This document shows positions 35,645 through 49,784 of a DNA stretch of 64,000 nucleotides, piece after piece. Position 1 is the stretch's first letter; each line of letters begins with the position of its first letter. Source of the DNA: Azolla caroliniana (lineage: Eukaryota; Plantae; Polypodiophyta). The DNA lies in assembly GCA_043228905.1 (NCBI GenBank), contig JBHGNT010000008.1:10230001-10294000 (forward strand), read 5' to 3'. A program made the position numbers and the translations under genes. The notes under the pieces were generated by a model. That model was not told the origin of the DNA and made no database searches. It saw only the letters and a list, made by a program, of their open reading frames with translations.

Positions 35645-37575
35645 ATACAAAAAGGGTACGTACTCGACAAGCTACAATTGTTGCATGCAATGTTGAAGAT
35701 GGTAATGATGATAGAGATCAAGAGGATGAAAACGTTGATAATGCCACAGTAGATTTATCTTCTAATTATTTGGACAACTATGATGATTCTACAACATAAT
35801 CCTCTAATGATGATGTAGAAGAAGAAATATAATAAAAAATTACATTGAGATAATTTATTCTTGGCTTTTACATATTTATGTTAATCTACAAACCACTAAC
35901 TATGAAGAAAATATATGTTCTAATAGTATTTCGACTTCCAAATGTTATCTGTTTTGATTCAAACTTCAATTGTGTTCGCCACATTCATTTAAAAATATAC
36001 ATATTACCTCTATTGAAACATAGATAACCATGTGTTATCCAGGGACCATAAAATAATTGTTATTTACTAATTAGCCTTGTAATTTTATGTGCATATTGCG
36101 ACTAAGAGACAAATGTTTGAAAAGCACATGTCAAAATAGGTATTTACTTGACAAGCTACAACTGTTGCATGCAATGTTGAAGATGGAGATCAAGAGGATG
36201 AAAACGTTGATAATGCCACAGTAAATTCATCTTCTGATTATGTGGACAACTATGATGATTCTACAACGTAATAATCTAATGATGATGTAGAAGAAGAAAT
36301 ATAATCGAAAATTACATTGAGATAATTTATTATTGGTTTTTACATATTTATTTTAATCTAAGAGCCAATCACCGTGAAGAAAAAATATGTTCTAATAGTA
36401 TTTTGACTTCCAAATGTTATCTGTTTTGATTCAAACTTCAATTGTGTTCTCCGCATTCATTTAAAAATATGCATATCACATCTATTGCAACATAGATAAC
36501 CATGTGTTATCCAGGGACCATAAAATCATTATTATTTACTAATGAGCCTTGTAATTTAATGTGTATATTGCCACTAAGAGACAAATGTTTGAAAAGCACA
36601 TGTCAAAATAGTTATTTACTTGACAAGCTACAACTGTTGCATGCAATGTTAAAGATGGTAATGGTGATGGTAATCAAGAGGATGAAAACGTTGATAATGC
36701 CACAATAGATTCATCTTGTAATTATTTGAACAACACAGATGAGTCTACAACATAATCCTCTAATCATGATGTTGAAGAAGAAATATAATCGAAAATTACA
36801 TTGAGATAATTTACTATTGGTTTTAACATATTTATTTTAATCTAAGAACCAATAACTATGAAGAAAATATATGTTCTAATAGTATTTGACTTCCAAATCT
36901 TATCTGTTTTGATTCAAACTTCAATTGTGTTCCCCACATTCATTTTAAAAATATGTATGTCATATCTATTGAAATGTAGATAACCTTGTGTTATTTAGCG
37001 ACTATAAAATAATTGTTATTTACTAATGAGCCTTGTAATTTAATGTGCATATTGCCACTAAGAGACAAATGTTTGAAAAGCACATGTCAAAATAGGTATT
37101 TACTCGACAAGCTACAACTGTTGCATGCCATGTTGAAGATGGAGATCAAGAGAATGAAAACGTTGATAATGCCACAATATATTCATCTTCTGATTATGTG
37201 GACAACTATGACGATTCTACAACATAATCCTCTAATCATGATGTCGAAGAAGAAATATAATAAAAAATTACATTGAGATAATTTATTATTGGTTTTTACA
37301 TATTTATTTTAATCTAAGAACCAATAACTATGAAGAAAATATATGTTCTAATAGTATTTTGACTTCCAAATGCTATCTGTTTTGATTCAAATTTCAATTG
37401 TAATCCCCACATTCATTTTAAAAATATGTATATCACATCTATTAAAACATAGATAACCATGTGTTATCCAGGGACCATAAAATAATTGTTATTTACTAAT
37501 GAGCCTTGTAATGTAATGTGCATATTTCCACTAAGAGACAAATGTTTGAAAAGCACATGTCAAAATAGGTACTTA
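35645..37575. repeat. Tandem array of four ~472-484-bp AT-rich units derived from the hAT 3' region
   Basis: Unit starts at about 35650, 36132, 36604 and 37088; partial fifth start at 37561. Confidence 0.92.
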
Positions 37576-37854
37576 GAACTTCTTAATTGAATGTTCAAAC
37601 TATTCAATGTATTTTACCTTTAAAATACATATTCAAAGAACTCATAAAAAAAATTAGAATACTTCAAAAATACGTAACATACGTATTGCTATGTACGAAA
37701 ATGCTTAATCTTGATTGTCAACCTCTTTAAATATGTTATGCTCTACGTATTGATTGCTACGTATGCATATGCATGAAGGGCACTTACTGCACATGTGCAC
37801 ATGAAGCTATACTCTTTCTCATGAGTCACCATATATACATGATATTGGGCCATA

Positions 37855-38338
37855 ATTATAATCAAAGATTGACATATTCGTATTTTGGGGCCTCCCCCAT
37901 GAATGCATATGAATCCAAATACGAATGCATAAAAAAGTATTCGTAGAAAAAAAAAGGAGTTCATAAACTCCCACCCTTTTAGTCTCTTAGATATAAAAAA
38001 GGGGAATTGACACTAATAATATTTTTATAATAGATGTAAAAAGGTATTAGTTTTATTTCTATCTATATTTTGTGGATATTTTTATCTAACATTAAAATGG
38101 GGACTTGACACTAATTATATTTTTATAATAAATAAAATGTTCGTTTTTTTAAAATATTCATTTTAATGAATGATTGTTCTTTTTTAAGTGAATTAATTAA
38201 TTTTTATTATGTAAATTTAGTTTGCAAAACGAATGGTTTTATAATATTCTTGGGGCCCTTTCTTATTCTCGAATATTACGAATATCATGCATGGAGAATA
38301 TCACGAATATCAAGCATGTGTCAATCTATTATTATAAT
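37855..38338. mobile_element. Possible MITE / foldback remnant
   Basis: Imperfect 20-bp inverted repeats ATTATAATCAAAGATTGACA / TGTCAATCTATTATTATAAT, subterminal TATTCGTA/TACGAATA repeats; no TSD seen. Confidence 0.4.
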
Positions 38339-38499
38339 GATCACTTCATAAAATCATAACAAAAATGTTTTAATAGTTTGGATTGTCCATGTTCCATAAG
38401 GTCATAGGTTCAAGTGCCCATATGATAGGTAATCATGGCAGTTGCTTCTGTTTAGCTTGTATGAACTTTGAAACTTCCAAAACTTTCACTCTGAGAAGT

Positions 38500-39095
38500 T
38501 CCCTTTTTGAGATCTTCTTATTGTGGCTATTGCCATCTTAAACTCTATTGTTTAGACATCTTCTCTTTTCAGTTTTAGAAACATGTTTTTCATGTTCAAA
38601 ATGTGTGATAGTTTCCATGTGCCATGATAAAAGTGTCCCATGAATATAGTAATGCCAATATCCTTGCTCAAAGCCTAGTTGCCATTTTCTAATGAATGTC
38701 TGAATTGTTTCAAGTTCTTGTATTTTGAGTGTGGCAAGACTTCTCAAAGAGTTGGTCTTTGTTATTCTATTTGACGGTTCATGGAGTTCCTTCAAGTTAT
38801 CTCATATCTCTTTTGATATCTCTTGTTCTTTTGCAAAATATATCTACTCAGCAATTAGTTTCATGACAAATTCCATGCATGCATTTGAATCTTGATTTGT
38901 CCATTCTATCAAATTTGGATCAGTTATAGGTTGTGGCATTATACAATTCACAATGTCAATTAATTTCTCTTTCGAGGATTAGGCTCATACTTTGATCTTG
39001 CCATTGATGTTGATTGTTTTTGAACTTGTGTGTGAATCCATCTTTGTAGATTATGGTTGCGTTTTAATTCCTAGATAGAAGGCTATGATATCATA
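38500..39095 (-). pseudogene. Ancient Copia gag remnant with decayed PBS
   Basis: ...SKEI*DNLKELHEPSN...LRSLATLKIQELETIQTFI resembles Copia gag; TGATATCATAGCC near 39082-39094 resembles TGGTATCAGAGCC. Confidence 0.55.
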
Positions 39096-40352
39096 TAGGA
39101 TTTTACAATACTATCAAACAAAGTATAACAATTGTATATTGCTTAATATGATGACAATGACATATTGTATTATGATCATGATTGATGTCACAACTATAGG
39201 TAGACATATATTAAGTGGTTATGACAAAATTTGTTGGAGAAAAGCTCATTGTTAACAAAACTTCTATGAATGTCTTAGTAACCTTCATTGTGAATAGACT
39301 CACATGAATAGGTTGTTCCATTAGCTAATCTTGTTTTAATTTAATTATCTAGCATTTATATTTTTAATCTCCCTTGGCAATTTAAACATTTTATATTCCA
39401 ACATATTGTAGCCACGAAGATGGAGGATGCCATATTTCAATCTATTTTCAAATTGCATAATAAAAAAATCTCCTCCATTTAGTAGAAGTTGGGCATTTCA
39501 ATAGATACTTTACATCATGGAAGACATATTGTTAGGAGGAAGTGAAGGGGTTGAATCACAGATTTGTGAGACAAAGATCGACTCCGAAGTACATAATAAC
39601 ATGGAAACAGAAAAATAAACAGCAAATGGACAAGATACACAATGCACACAATTTTACGTGGAAACCCTAAATGGGGAAAAACCACGGGAGAACAAATCTT
39701 CCACTATACAACAAAGAATACAAGGAACGATTACAACTCTTCTCTGATGCTCAGAGGATAACTACTTAGGGTTCTTGGTAGGTTCACTAACCTCTGCCGC
39801 CACTCACTCACGCACTCTACACAACACTTAACTATGTTCTACTCTTTCTGTTCTACAACACTCTATGTTTGCCCTAAGTGTATTTATACTTATACACAGT
39901 ATGAGCTATTTACAAATGTAGCCCCGACTACTTTCATACCTATTATTATACTAGTGATAATAGTAGTTAATGAACTGACTCCTATGTCGACTGTCTAGTC
40001 GACCCGACTAGTCGATTGTGACCTCAATTTGGACTCGCCCACTATCGACTCTTCATGTCATCGATTGTCGGCTCTCAGCCCGACCAGTTGGCTACTCCTT
40101 GCCTTCGACTATTGGCTCTTACAGAGCCGAATAGTCGGCTCCTCCCGGGATAGATTCCTAAAAAACTCCCCCTTCACTGGTGTGGGTGGAGTTGGTTAGT
40201 CCTATCTTCTGTCGACAGACTTTGAGTTTGTCCATCGATAGATTTTTTGCGAGCATGTCAAATCCATTATCATCAATATGGATCTTCACAAGGGTAATGT
40301 CGCCTTCTTCCAATTTCTCCCGCAACTAGTGATACCTCCTTTGTATATGTTT

Positions 40353-40876
40353 TGTCACGACACAATGACATGAAATACATAAGTTGGTGAGGGTTGAACC
40401 TACAACCTCACACCAATAAGATGTCATGCTCAACCATTTTAATATGAGCATGCATTTGTGTATAATGGTTTAGTATTCTATAGTCTAGCATATAGTACAT
40501 TTCATAATTAGAATATTCTAGAAATATTGTACGGTATATTCTACATGGGTATATTTTAGAGATATTTTTTGAGTATATTCCAAAGATATTCAATCTCGGA
40601 ACTTGTATAAATACTTGTAACCTCCTTGGTCCCTTTCAAGGGATTCAACACCCGTCATTGACACATCAATCTAGTATTCTCATTTCATACCATATTGTCT
40701 CCTTCATCTTCATATTTGTCTTCATGCTCTCCAATTAACCCCAGCTTCCTATGTTCATAGTCTTGTCACTCACAACTTCTAGAGTTCCTAGCCTCGTCAC
40801 TTCCGATTCCACTTATCAGTCAGAGCGTCGTGTCATCCGTGCTTCATCGTAGTCCATGGTTGGTGTGCCTGTGACA
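40353..40876 (+). mobile_element. Solo LTR inserted in the RNase H of F
   Basis: TGTCAC...GTGACA ends, TATAAATA near 40605, homologous to 34140-35213; host reads YHS.TKHIQRRYH across it; no clean TSD. Confidence 0.8.
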
Positions 40877-41376
40877 TGTGGGAGTGATACGCAACATTCT
40901 TGGCTAGGTGTATGGTGCTTTGGCTGTCACAATAAAGCAAGAACTCCCTTTGCTTTATTCCCAACTCACTTTAGAGAAAATTTCTCATCCAAATCAGCTC
41001 TTTGCCGGCCTCTACCGCTGCCATATACTCTACTTATGTGGTCGACAAAGCTACAGACTTCTGAAATTGTGATGGCCACGACATTGCTCCCCTTGCATAG
41101 GTCATCACATATCCTAATGTGGAACGACTTGAGTCTATGTCCCCCAACATGTCCGAGTTGGTAAATCCTTCGAGCATAGGTTTTCTGACACCATACCTTA
41201 GGCATACCCTCGAGGTGCCTTTCAAGTACTTGAGTATCCACTTCACTGTTGCCCAATGTTCTCTTCCTGGATTACTCATGTATTGACTTATTGTCCCCAC
41301 AACAAATGCTATGTCTGGTCTCCTCCACACCATAGCATGCATTAAACTGCGGATAACCGAGGCATATGGTACTTTC

Positions 41377-44300
41377 TATTGAGTGGACAAGCTCGACATG
41401 ATCCGGATGGGAGGAGTAAGCCAAGAGCTGGATTGGTGTCCGGTAAGGTGAGCCGGATCCATGATCCCGATCGGAGAGCCGAACCCATGTGCGAACTGGT
41501 GGGCTGTTGCAGGCCTACGCTCCTAGTCCACTAGGTAGTTATGGTTCTAGTAGATAGTGTCAGTAGCTCGGTACAAGCATTGAAGTACTTTTCAGTACTT
41601 CTGTCAGTCCTTTTAAGGACTTGTATAAAAGTGCTCACAACGCACATTGTATGTACACAGATTATTGAGTTTATTTTGAAATAGAGTTTTACCGTTCTGC
41701 TCTCTCTATCTCTCCCGTGTACTCCCTTTGTGTATCTTCAAGTTTTCCATTAAACCTTAGTTTTGTTTTTTGTTGCTATCCGGCTGAGCCGGTTGTGTCT
41801 ACAAGCTTCCTCACACTATTCTTTTCATGGTATCACAGTGTGAGGGTTGAGAATTCTCTACTGCCAACAAACTCTTAACTCGGACAGACCCTAGCCTCCA
41901 GTAAAGAACAAACAAAAGAAGAAGATGGATAGAAGTAGAGCAAGCTCGCTTCCGACGGAGAAGCTCAACAGGAATAACTACGTGTCTTGGTCATACAAGA
42001 TGCACCAGTACCTGCTTGGACACGGGTACTGGAGTTATGTCGAAGGAGCAAACGAGGGAGCACTAGAGCCGACACACAAGAACTTCCCGGTATGGGAACA
42101 AGGAGCCAATAGAGTGTTGTACCACCTCGCATCCTATGTGCATGATTAGATGCTCGGCTACATCAAAGATGCGAAAACGTCGAAGGAAACCTAGGTAAAC
42201 CTCAAAAAGATTTTCGTTGCAATCACCAAGTCACAGAAGCTGCAGCTTCACCGACTACACCACGAAGATAAAGGAGATCTGTGACGTACTGGGGTCCATG
42301 AATGTGACAATGGATGAAGATGAGATGGTGCAGATTTGCCTTGGTGGTCTAGTGCAGGGGTACGAGCCAATCTAGACAACAATATGTACCTGGGCGAAGC
42401 CATTGTCCTTCTTTGACATTCAAATCGATGCTTATGGTCGAAGAAAACCATGCGAGTACGTCGAGGAACACTCAATAGGACAACCAGATGTTGTACACAG
42501 AGTAGGATCGGCCCTGTGGGCGTGGAGGATGAGGTGGATTGGCACGCAATGGAGGTGACCGACAAGAGCAGGATAGAAGGCACAACGGAAGTGCCGATAG
42601 CAGTTCCTGCCCCTCCACAAGAAGGGGGAGTCAAAGAGGCGCCAAAATTTGGCAAGCAAAGGCCGACATAGAATGCTGGTACTGTGGCAAGAAAGGCCAT
42701 TGAGACAACGAGTGCTGGAAGAATCGCGCCGATTCAGACAAATCCGGATCCGGCAAGGACGGACAATGGAATCAACAAAGCTCACATTGCGCCGAAGGAT
42801 CTGGAACCAGAAAGACTAGAAAAGAGCCAACCTTTGTGATGAAGAATAAAGTGAACTCAATGAAAAAGATCACCTCACAATCAAATGAGGTGTGCTATGT
42901 TGACGCCGGCGCAATAAATCATATGATAAGCCATGAAGAATGATTCTCATATCTAGAGAAACTGGAGCAGCCGGGAGTTGTCGAAACCGGAGACGACACT
43001 CTACACCCGATCGAACATGTTGCACAAGTTCCCCTCAGCCATGTCGGACAAAAAGGGAAACTTATGAACGTGTTGCACGTTCCAACAATCACAAAGAACC
43101 TGGTGTCGGTTAGGTAGGTCGTCGACCAGGGGCTGCAATTTCAATTTACACATCTCGGGGGCTTCATCGAGAAAGAGGGCCAAATCATCACACAATAGCG
43201 CCAGGACGGGAGGATGTTCATCCTCGACACCAACGACGTTGGCACAACTTTGTTCGCAAAAGGACAAAAAGTCGAATCGATATCGACTTATGGCACAAGC
43301 AGATCGATCATGTTAACTATTGGTGGCTTCAGGATTTGCAATCGAAACAAGTGGTATTTGGATTGCCAAAATTTAGTGGCCTGAAGGCCCAAATATGTGA
43401 ATCTTGTTAGTTAGGGGAGCAACACCAACTTCCATTCCCCACGAGAGAAACCAGAGTTGAAACAAGCTCGACTTAATACATTTGGATGTATGGGGACCAA
43501 CATAGAATGTGAGCTTACATAGGAGCCGATATTTCGTCTCCTTCATCGATGACTACAGCCGACATACATGGATATACCTCATCGAGAAGAAAAACGATGT
43601 CTTCGACTGTTTCCGGAACCTACAAAGTCTTGTCGAGAGGGAAACAGAGAGGAAGATCAAGTGCTTGCTGTCGGATGAAGGAAAAGAATTTTTTTCCGGC
43701 TAGTTCAATAGTTATCTGCAACAGAAGGGAATTTGGCGAGAATTCACTTGTAGATATACACCGGAATAAAACGGTGTAGGCGAGACGAAGCACCAGTCAG
43801 TTGTGGAAGCGGCAAGGTCAATGTTGGAGGAGAAGAGTATGCCCAAGTTCTACTGAGCTGAAGTAGTCCATACGCCCATCTACAACCAAATTTGGATCAG
43901 TGAAAAGGTATTAACACATGAGCTGTATTTTGGGTGGAAGCTGAACTTAAGACACTTCAGTGTATTTGGTAGCATAACCTATGTGCATGTATTGGATGAG
44001 AAGCGGAGAAAGGTGGACCGGAAGTCGGAGAAGTACATATTGGTCAGCTACTCACATGAGCAGAAGGGGTATAAGTGTTATAACCCTTGGACCAAGCAAG
44101 TTCGAGTTAGCTGAGATGTCAAATTCGACTAGTCGGCATCATGGTACTCCCTACCGGCTCCAACCCCCGACACCTCTGACCACTAGATCATGGAGGATGA
44201 GGCTAGTGAGCCCGAAATGATCCAGGTAGAAGAAGAAGAAGAAGAACTTGGCACTCTAGAGGAGAGTCTGATCTCATTCCGGTTGAGTGGGCCGAATGTG

Positions 44301-47077
44301 ATACTGAGTTGGAACAACCAATCACATGAAGAGCCTACGAGCAGTGACGACTCGGTCGTGTTGTCCCCGCATAAGGAACCAAGGAGATGGTTCACGCATA
44401 AAGAAAAGGGGAAGAAGAAGATTCCGGAGTATGGCCTTGACAAAGGAGAATTGGATCGGAGCGAATCTAACTTCGGAAAGAATGAAAACGGACCTTCGGA
44501 GAAGAAGTCTGAGATGTCAGATTCAACTAGTCGGCATCATGGTACTCCCTACCGGTTCCGACCCCCGACACCTCCGACCACTAGATCATGGAGGATGAGG
44601 CTAGTGAGCCTGAAATGATCCAGGTAGAAGAAGAAGAAGAAGAACTTGGCACTCTAGAGGAGAGTCTGATCTCATTCCGGTTGAGCGGGCCGAATGAGAG
44701 ACTGAGTTGGAACAACCAATCACATGAAGAGCCTGCGAGCAGTGACGACTCGGTCGTGTTGTCCCCGCATAAGGAACCAAGGAGATGGTTCACGCACAAA
44801 GAAAAGGGGAAGAAGAAGATTCCGGAGTATGGCCTTGACAAAGGAGAATTGGATCGAAGCGAATCTAACTTCGGAAAGAATGAAAATGGACCTTCGGAGA
44901 AGAAGTCTGAGTTGGCCAAGAAGGCCCTAAAATCAGCAAACGAGAAGTTACACCGACTGACCTGCCAAAAGAATCCCGTGAAGCGGTATGGTTATAACAA
45001 GTACATGGCACATCACCACGTGTGCATGATGAAAGTGGCGAAGGTGCGTGAGCCGGAGAGCTACACAGAAGTGGCAAAGGATGCAAATTGGTGTGCTGCA
45101 ATGGAGGAAGAGATCTGAGTGCTAACGGAGAATAAGACTTGGGACCTGGTTGATGCCCCCAAGGGCGTGAAGCCAATCGGATGCATGTGGGTGTACAAGA
45201 TCAAGTACAACCAACACATCAACTGGTACAAGGCCCGGTTAGTGGCCAAGGGCTATGTGCAACAACACGACATTGACTACAATGAGAAGATGACGACCGG
45301 TCGCGAAGATGACGACCGTCCGTGTCTTGCTCGCAGTAGCTACAACAAAGGGGTGGCACTTACATCAAATGGACGTAAAGAATGCATTCTTGCAAGGTGA
45401 GCTTGAGGAACAGGTGTACATGGTACAACTCCCCCATTTTTAGTCCGGATTGACCACGTCGGTTGTCTGCTAACTGAACAAGTCCCTTTATGGATTAAAG
45501 CAAGCCCGACGTGCCTGGAATGCGAAGATCACGCAACGATTGTGTCGGATAGGATTTGCTACATCCAAGTCGGACTCTTCACTCTTTATCCGGTAAGGTC
45601 AGAATGGGCTGGTTATTTACTCATCGTCGGTGCCGACCAAGAAGAAATCGGGTGCGTCAAGTCCCAACTAGCGGCATCATTTGAGATGAAGGACCAAGCC
45701 GTACCTTCACTACTTCCTCGCAATCGAAGTGATCCATACCCTTGACAACATATTGTTATCTCAGTGACATTATGCGTTGAATATGTTGTACAAGTTCGGC
45801 ATGACTGATTGTTGACCAGTCTCAACACCCCTTGACCGGAATCAGAAGCTATGTCCCAACTCCGGACAGTCCTGCAATGAGAAACTGTTTTGAAATTTTT
45901 TTGGAAGCCTAATATATCTTACTATCACCCAACCCGACATCGCTATTCGGTCGGGGTGATAAATCAGTTCATGCAGTGACTGACTGTCGAGCATCTTCAG
46001 TGCGTGCATCGCTTACTGCGATATGTGAGCGACACTAAGGACCAACACCGTGTAACCGAGTAATTAGTTGCTTATAAAGATGCCGCCTAGGCTAGTGATG
46101 CGTCGAATCATCGGTGAACATCTGGCTTTATGTTCTCTCTCGGGAGCGTAGCTATTGCGTGTAGCAACATAAAACAGCGAACAATGGCTTTGTCGAGCAT
46201 TGAGGGTGAATACCGAGGAGATACCGTTGTGACCTGTGAAGTCATATGGCTTCGGCAACTGCTGTAAGATATCTGAATCGAATTACCCACTCTGATTGAT
46301 CTACTGTGACAACATAAGTAGCATGCAACTGGCCAAGAACCCCATGTTCCATGCTTAGACAAAGCACACAGAAGTGCACTACCACTTTGTGTGCAAACGG
46401 GTCCTTAGCGGTGAAGTCGAACTCCGGTATGTTCGAACCGATCGGTAGGTTACCGACGTATTCACCAAGACACTCGGATCGGAAGAGTTGCAACACTTCT
46501 TGGAGATGCTTGGGCTATAGCATCTCAACGTGCCGCAGTTGAGGGCGAGAACCAGAACAAGAACCGGGAGAACATGTAAAGGCACCGGAATAGCAGCCGG
46601 TAAGAAAGAGAAAAAGACTGAAACATGGGGAAACGAGAAGCAAAAGGGAGCCAAGTCGACTGAAGAAGTTGGCACATCCGAAAAATTCGGAACAAGAAGG
46701 CCAAGCCCCGGGCATGGTCTGATGTGGTCAAGATCCTGAAGATTGAGGACGAATTGGAGACAACCAATTCGGACAAGAGCTGGAATGAATCAGACGCCCC
46801 CGATTCGGAAGAGGTGTTTGATTCGGGGGAGAGGAATCAATAGAAGGCCAAATGGACGAGAAGGCAACGGAAGTCAACATCAACAAGGAGGGGCAGAAGG
46901 GTCGAGAAGCGCCGAAGTCATAGCAACAAAGGAGCTGAGATGGGCCTTATGAGCAGACAAGCCAACCGGAAGGGTCGAGGGTCATGGAAAGCAGGATCAG
47001 ACAAGTCGAGGAGTGTGAGCAAGGCACGAAGACGCTAGGAGGAACCAAAGGAAACGACCAATAGACACTAACACCAC
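41377..47077 (+). mobile_element. Degenerate Ty1/Copia element I (B family); PPT and 3' LTR lost by deletion
   Basis: 5' LTR 41377-41827 similar to the B LTR; PBS TGGTATCACAG at 41828; gag from 41925; pol fragments to about 46790; similarity to B 3' UTR ends at ACACTAACACCA. Confidence 0.9.
44111..44911 (+). repeat. 398-bp tandem duplication in the INT-RT linker of I
   Basis: CTGAG at 44111, 44509 and 44907 bounds two near-identical units. Confidence 0.95.
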
Positions 47078-49784
47078 CAACCAATCGACTCCGACTCATA
47101 TGTATTGGTCGGTTGCTACGAGTCGACTGACTCAGATTTAGATGTGCCGACTGGCTGTCTCTGAACAACCGATTGTGTCGGTTCGATTGGTCTTAAGTTG
47201 GTAGTAGTGGGAGTCGACTAGGAAGTCCATTCCGACTTCTATTGCTTACAGTCCTCAATCGTCTTGTCTTCCAAGAAGACTACGTCCCGACTCCTTGTTA
47301 CTTTCTTATCGAGTAAGTCCCACAACCTGTAGCTAAACTCATCCTCCGAGTACCCGAGAAATATGCATGGTTTTGACTTACTGTCGAGCTTCAACCTCTT
47401 ATCCTTAGCCACATTCATATATACTAAGCATCCGAACACCCTTAAGTGTCGGTGGGAGACATCCTCTCCTATCCACACCCTCTATGGGGCATCACCTTTG
47501 GCATTGAGGGAGACTTGTTGATCAAATAAACAGTTCTATACATCACCTGAGCCCAATAGGATTTTGGTAGCTTAGTATGCGACAACATGGTCCTCACTCT
47601 CTCCATGATTGTTCGATTCATCCTCTCTGCAAGCTCGTTCAACTCATGGGTCTTCGGTACTGTCTATTCGATTCGAATACCTTGGGCCTTGCAGTATTCT
47701 TCGAACTACCCTCTATATTGACCACTGTTGTCGGTTCGGACAACCTTCGACTTCCGACCCGACTCTCTTTCAGCCCTTGCTTGGAACTCCTTAAAGAATG
47801 ACAGTACTTGATCTTTTGACTTTAGTACGAAAGCCCACAACTTTTGACTATGGTCATGAATGAAAGTTACAAAGTATTGTCCACCTTGATGTGAGGAGGC
47901 AATCTACACAACACATGTTGATGTGCACTAGTTCCAATGCAGCTTCTCTTCTCCTTGGTGTTCTCATGTGGAATGATGTTATGTTCTGCTTTCCGACTAT
48001 GCAGTCGACACACTTCTCCAAGTGCACTCCTTTCTCTTTTGGGAGAAGTTCCTGGTCAACTAGGATATGCATTCTCTTTTCACTCATGTGACTGAGCCTC
48101 TTATGCCCTAACTCTCATGTTGAGTCGGCTGCCACATTCACTTCCAACTTGTAGAGTCGGGCATGCATCATATACAATGTGCCTTCTTTCTGTGTTCGGG
48201 CCACAATCAGATTTCCTCAGCAGAACTTCCACTTGCCATTTCAAAAACTACCAATGTAGCCTTCGTCATCCAACCTTCCAGTTGATATCAGATTCAATCT
48301 GATAATGAGGACATGTCGAACTTTCCTTAGAGTCAGTCGACAACCTATCGACGTCATCGGGCTTACACTTCCTATGTCGGCTATCTTGCATTCTCCATTA
48401 TCTCCTATCTTTACATAGCCATGATCCCCGACAATGTAAGTCGAGAAGCATTCTCTCGAGGGAGTTATATGGAATGATGTATCAGAGTCGATCACCCGTG
48501 TGCACTCTTCACTTGCAAGATTTATGCTTGCCTACTCACAAATGAACAAGATCTCCTCTACATTTGTAGCTACAACTGATGTGCCATTTTCATTAGGAAT
48601 CTTCCTAGGTTCAACTTCATTATAGACACCTTTGTCCTTCTTGCGGTGTCAGTAGTCCTTCTGGAAGTGTCTAGGGTTTCCACAATAAAAACATGTTAGT
48701 TTGCATCTAGACTTGGACATCGCTTGGGACTTGTCCCTTCTTTGTGGACTTCTCTGTATGTTCCTTCCTCTACTGGTATGTTGAGTCAAGTTTGACTCCA
48801 ACTAGGATAGGACACCATTGTCTTTTCTTGTCTCCTCGTTTAGGATGCTTTTCTTTAACACTTGTAGAGATAGGTTATCTTCTTGACACGAGGTGTTGAG
48901 AGTAACCACCAGATTCTCCCAACTCTCCGGCAACATACACAATAGTAGGATGGCCTACATTGCATCATCAAGGGGAAATTTTGTTGCCACAAGTTGGTTC
49001 ACCTACCCCATGAATGTGCTGATGTGTTCCACTATGCTCTCTCCGTCCTTGTATTTCAACCTCACAATCTTTCTCATCAAAGATGTTGTGTTGAGGGCAA
49101 TCTTCCTCTCATACAGACATGATAGCTTCTGTCACATCTCATGAGCATTTGTGTCATTTGCCACGTGTTGTAGGACACTCACATCGACACACTATCTAAT
49201 GGTGGCCACCGCCTTTCTGCTCAAAAGTTTCCATTCAGATTCTAATACCCCCATGGATATTTCTGCTCTGTCAATGGGCTCATACAGGTCTTTGACTATC
49301 AAGAGATCTTCCATGTTGATCTTTCTGTTTGCATAGTTTTAAGAGTTTAGGACCATCATTCCTGGGAAGCCGCTCATGCCTCCTTCCATCTCTACACCTG
49401 TCACTTTGATATTGTCAGGAATAGTACTAAAACAAAGAGAGAATCATTACTAGAGAAGAGAAGTACTATTAGTACTAAGAGGACCGACTGCGTAAGCCTA
49501 ACGAGAGAGGAAGAGAGAAAGGGAGGGAGGGAGGGAGAGATAACGAGGGCAAGAGAGAGAGAGATGATAACAGATGATATATTATGTGAAGAGTAAATAC
49601 AAAATAGTTATGAGGCGTAAGAGTGGCATTGAACCAATTTGGTTCGAAATAATACATTGTGCCTCCTTTTATAGTGTTCTCAAGAGTAGTCCTGAAGCTT
49701 CTAGAATGTTGAAGAGAAATCTGGAATATATGTCATTAATTTTCTATAGTAAAACTTAAATGAAAATAACATCCTACGTATTAC

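Larger units (their letters stand above)
33300..35790 (+). pseudogene. Decayed hAT-family transposase (DUF659-type), split by solo LTRs at 34140-35213
   Basis: VQIVTNDVSNC...FPSLVWTPCASDCQDLLLEDIGK resembles the plant hAT VQVVTDNA...WTPCAAHCLDLMLEDIGK motif; later IDREVSTMGLLYEF and an acidic tail. Confidence 0.75.

Noticed and set aside
38390-38422. SINE head (AAGGTCATAGGTTCAAGTGCCC)
   Set aside because: B-box-like only; no clear A box, tail or TSD
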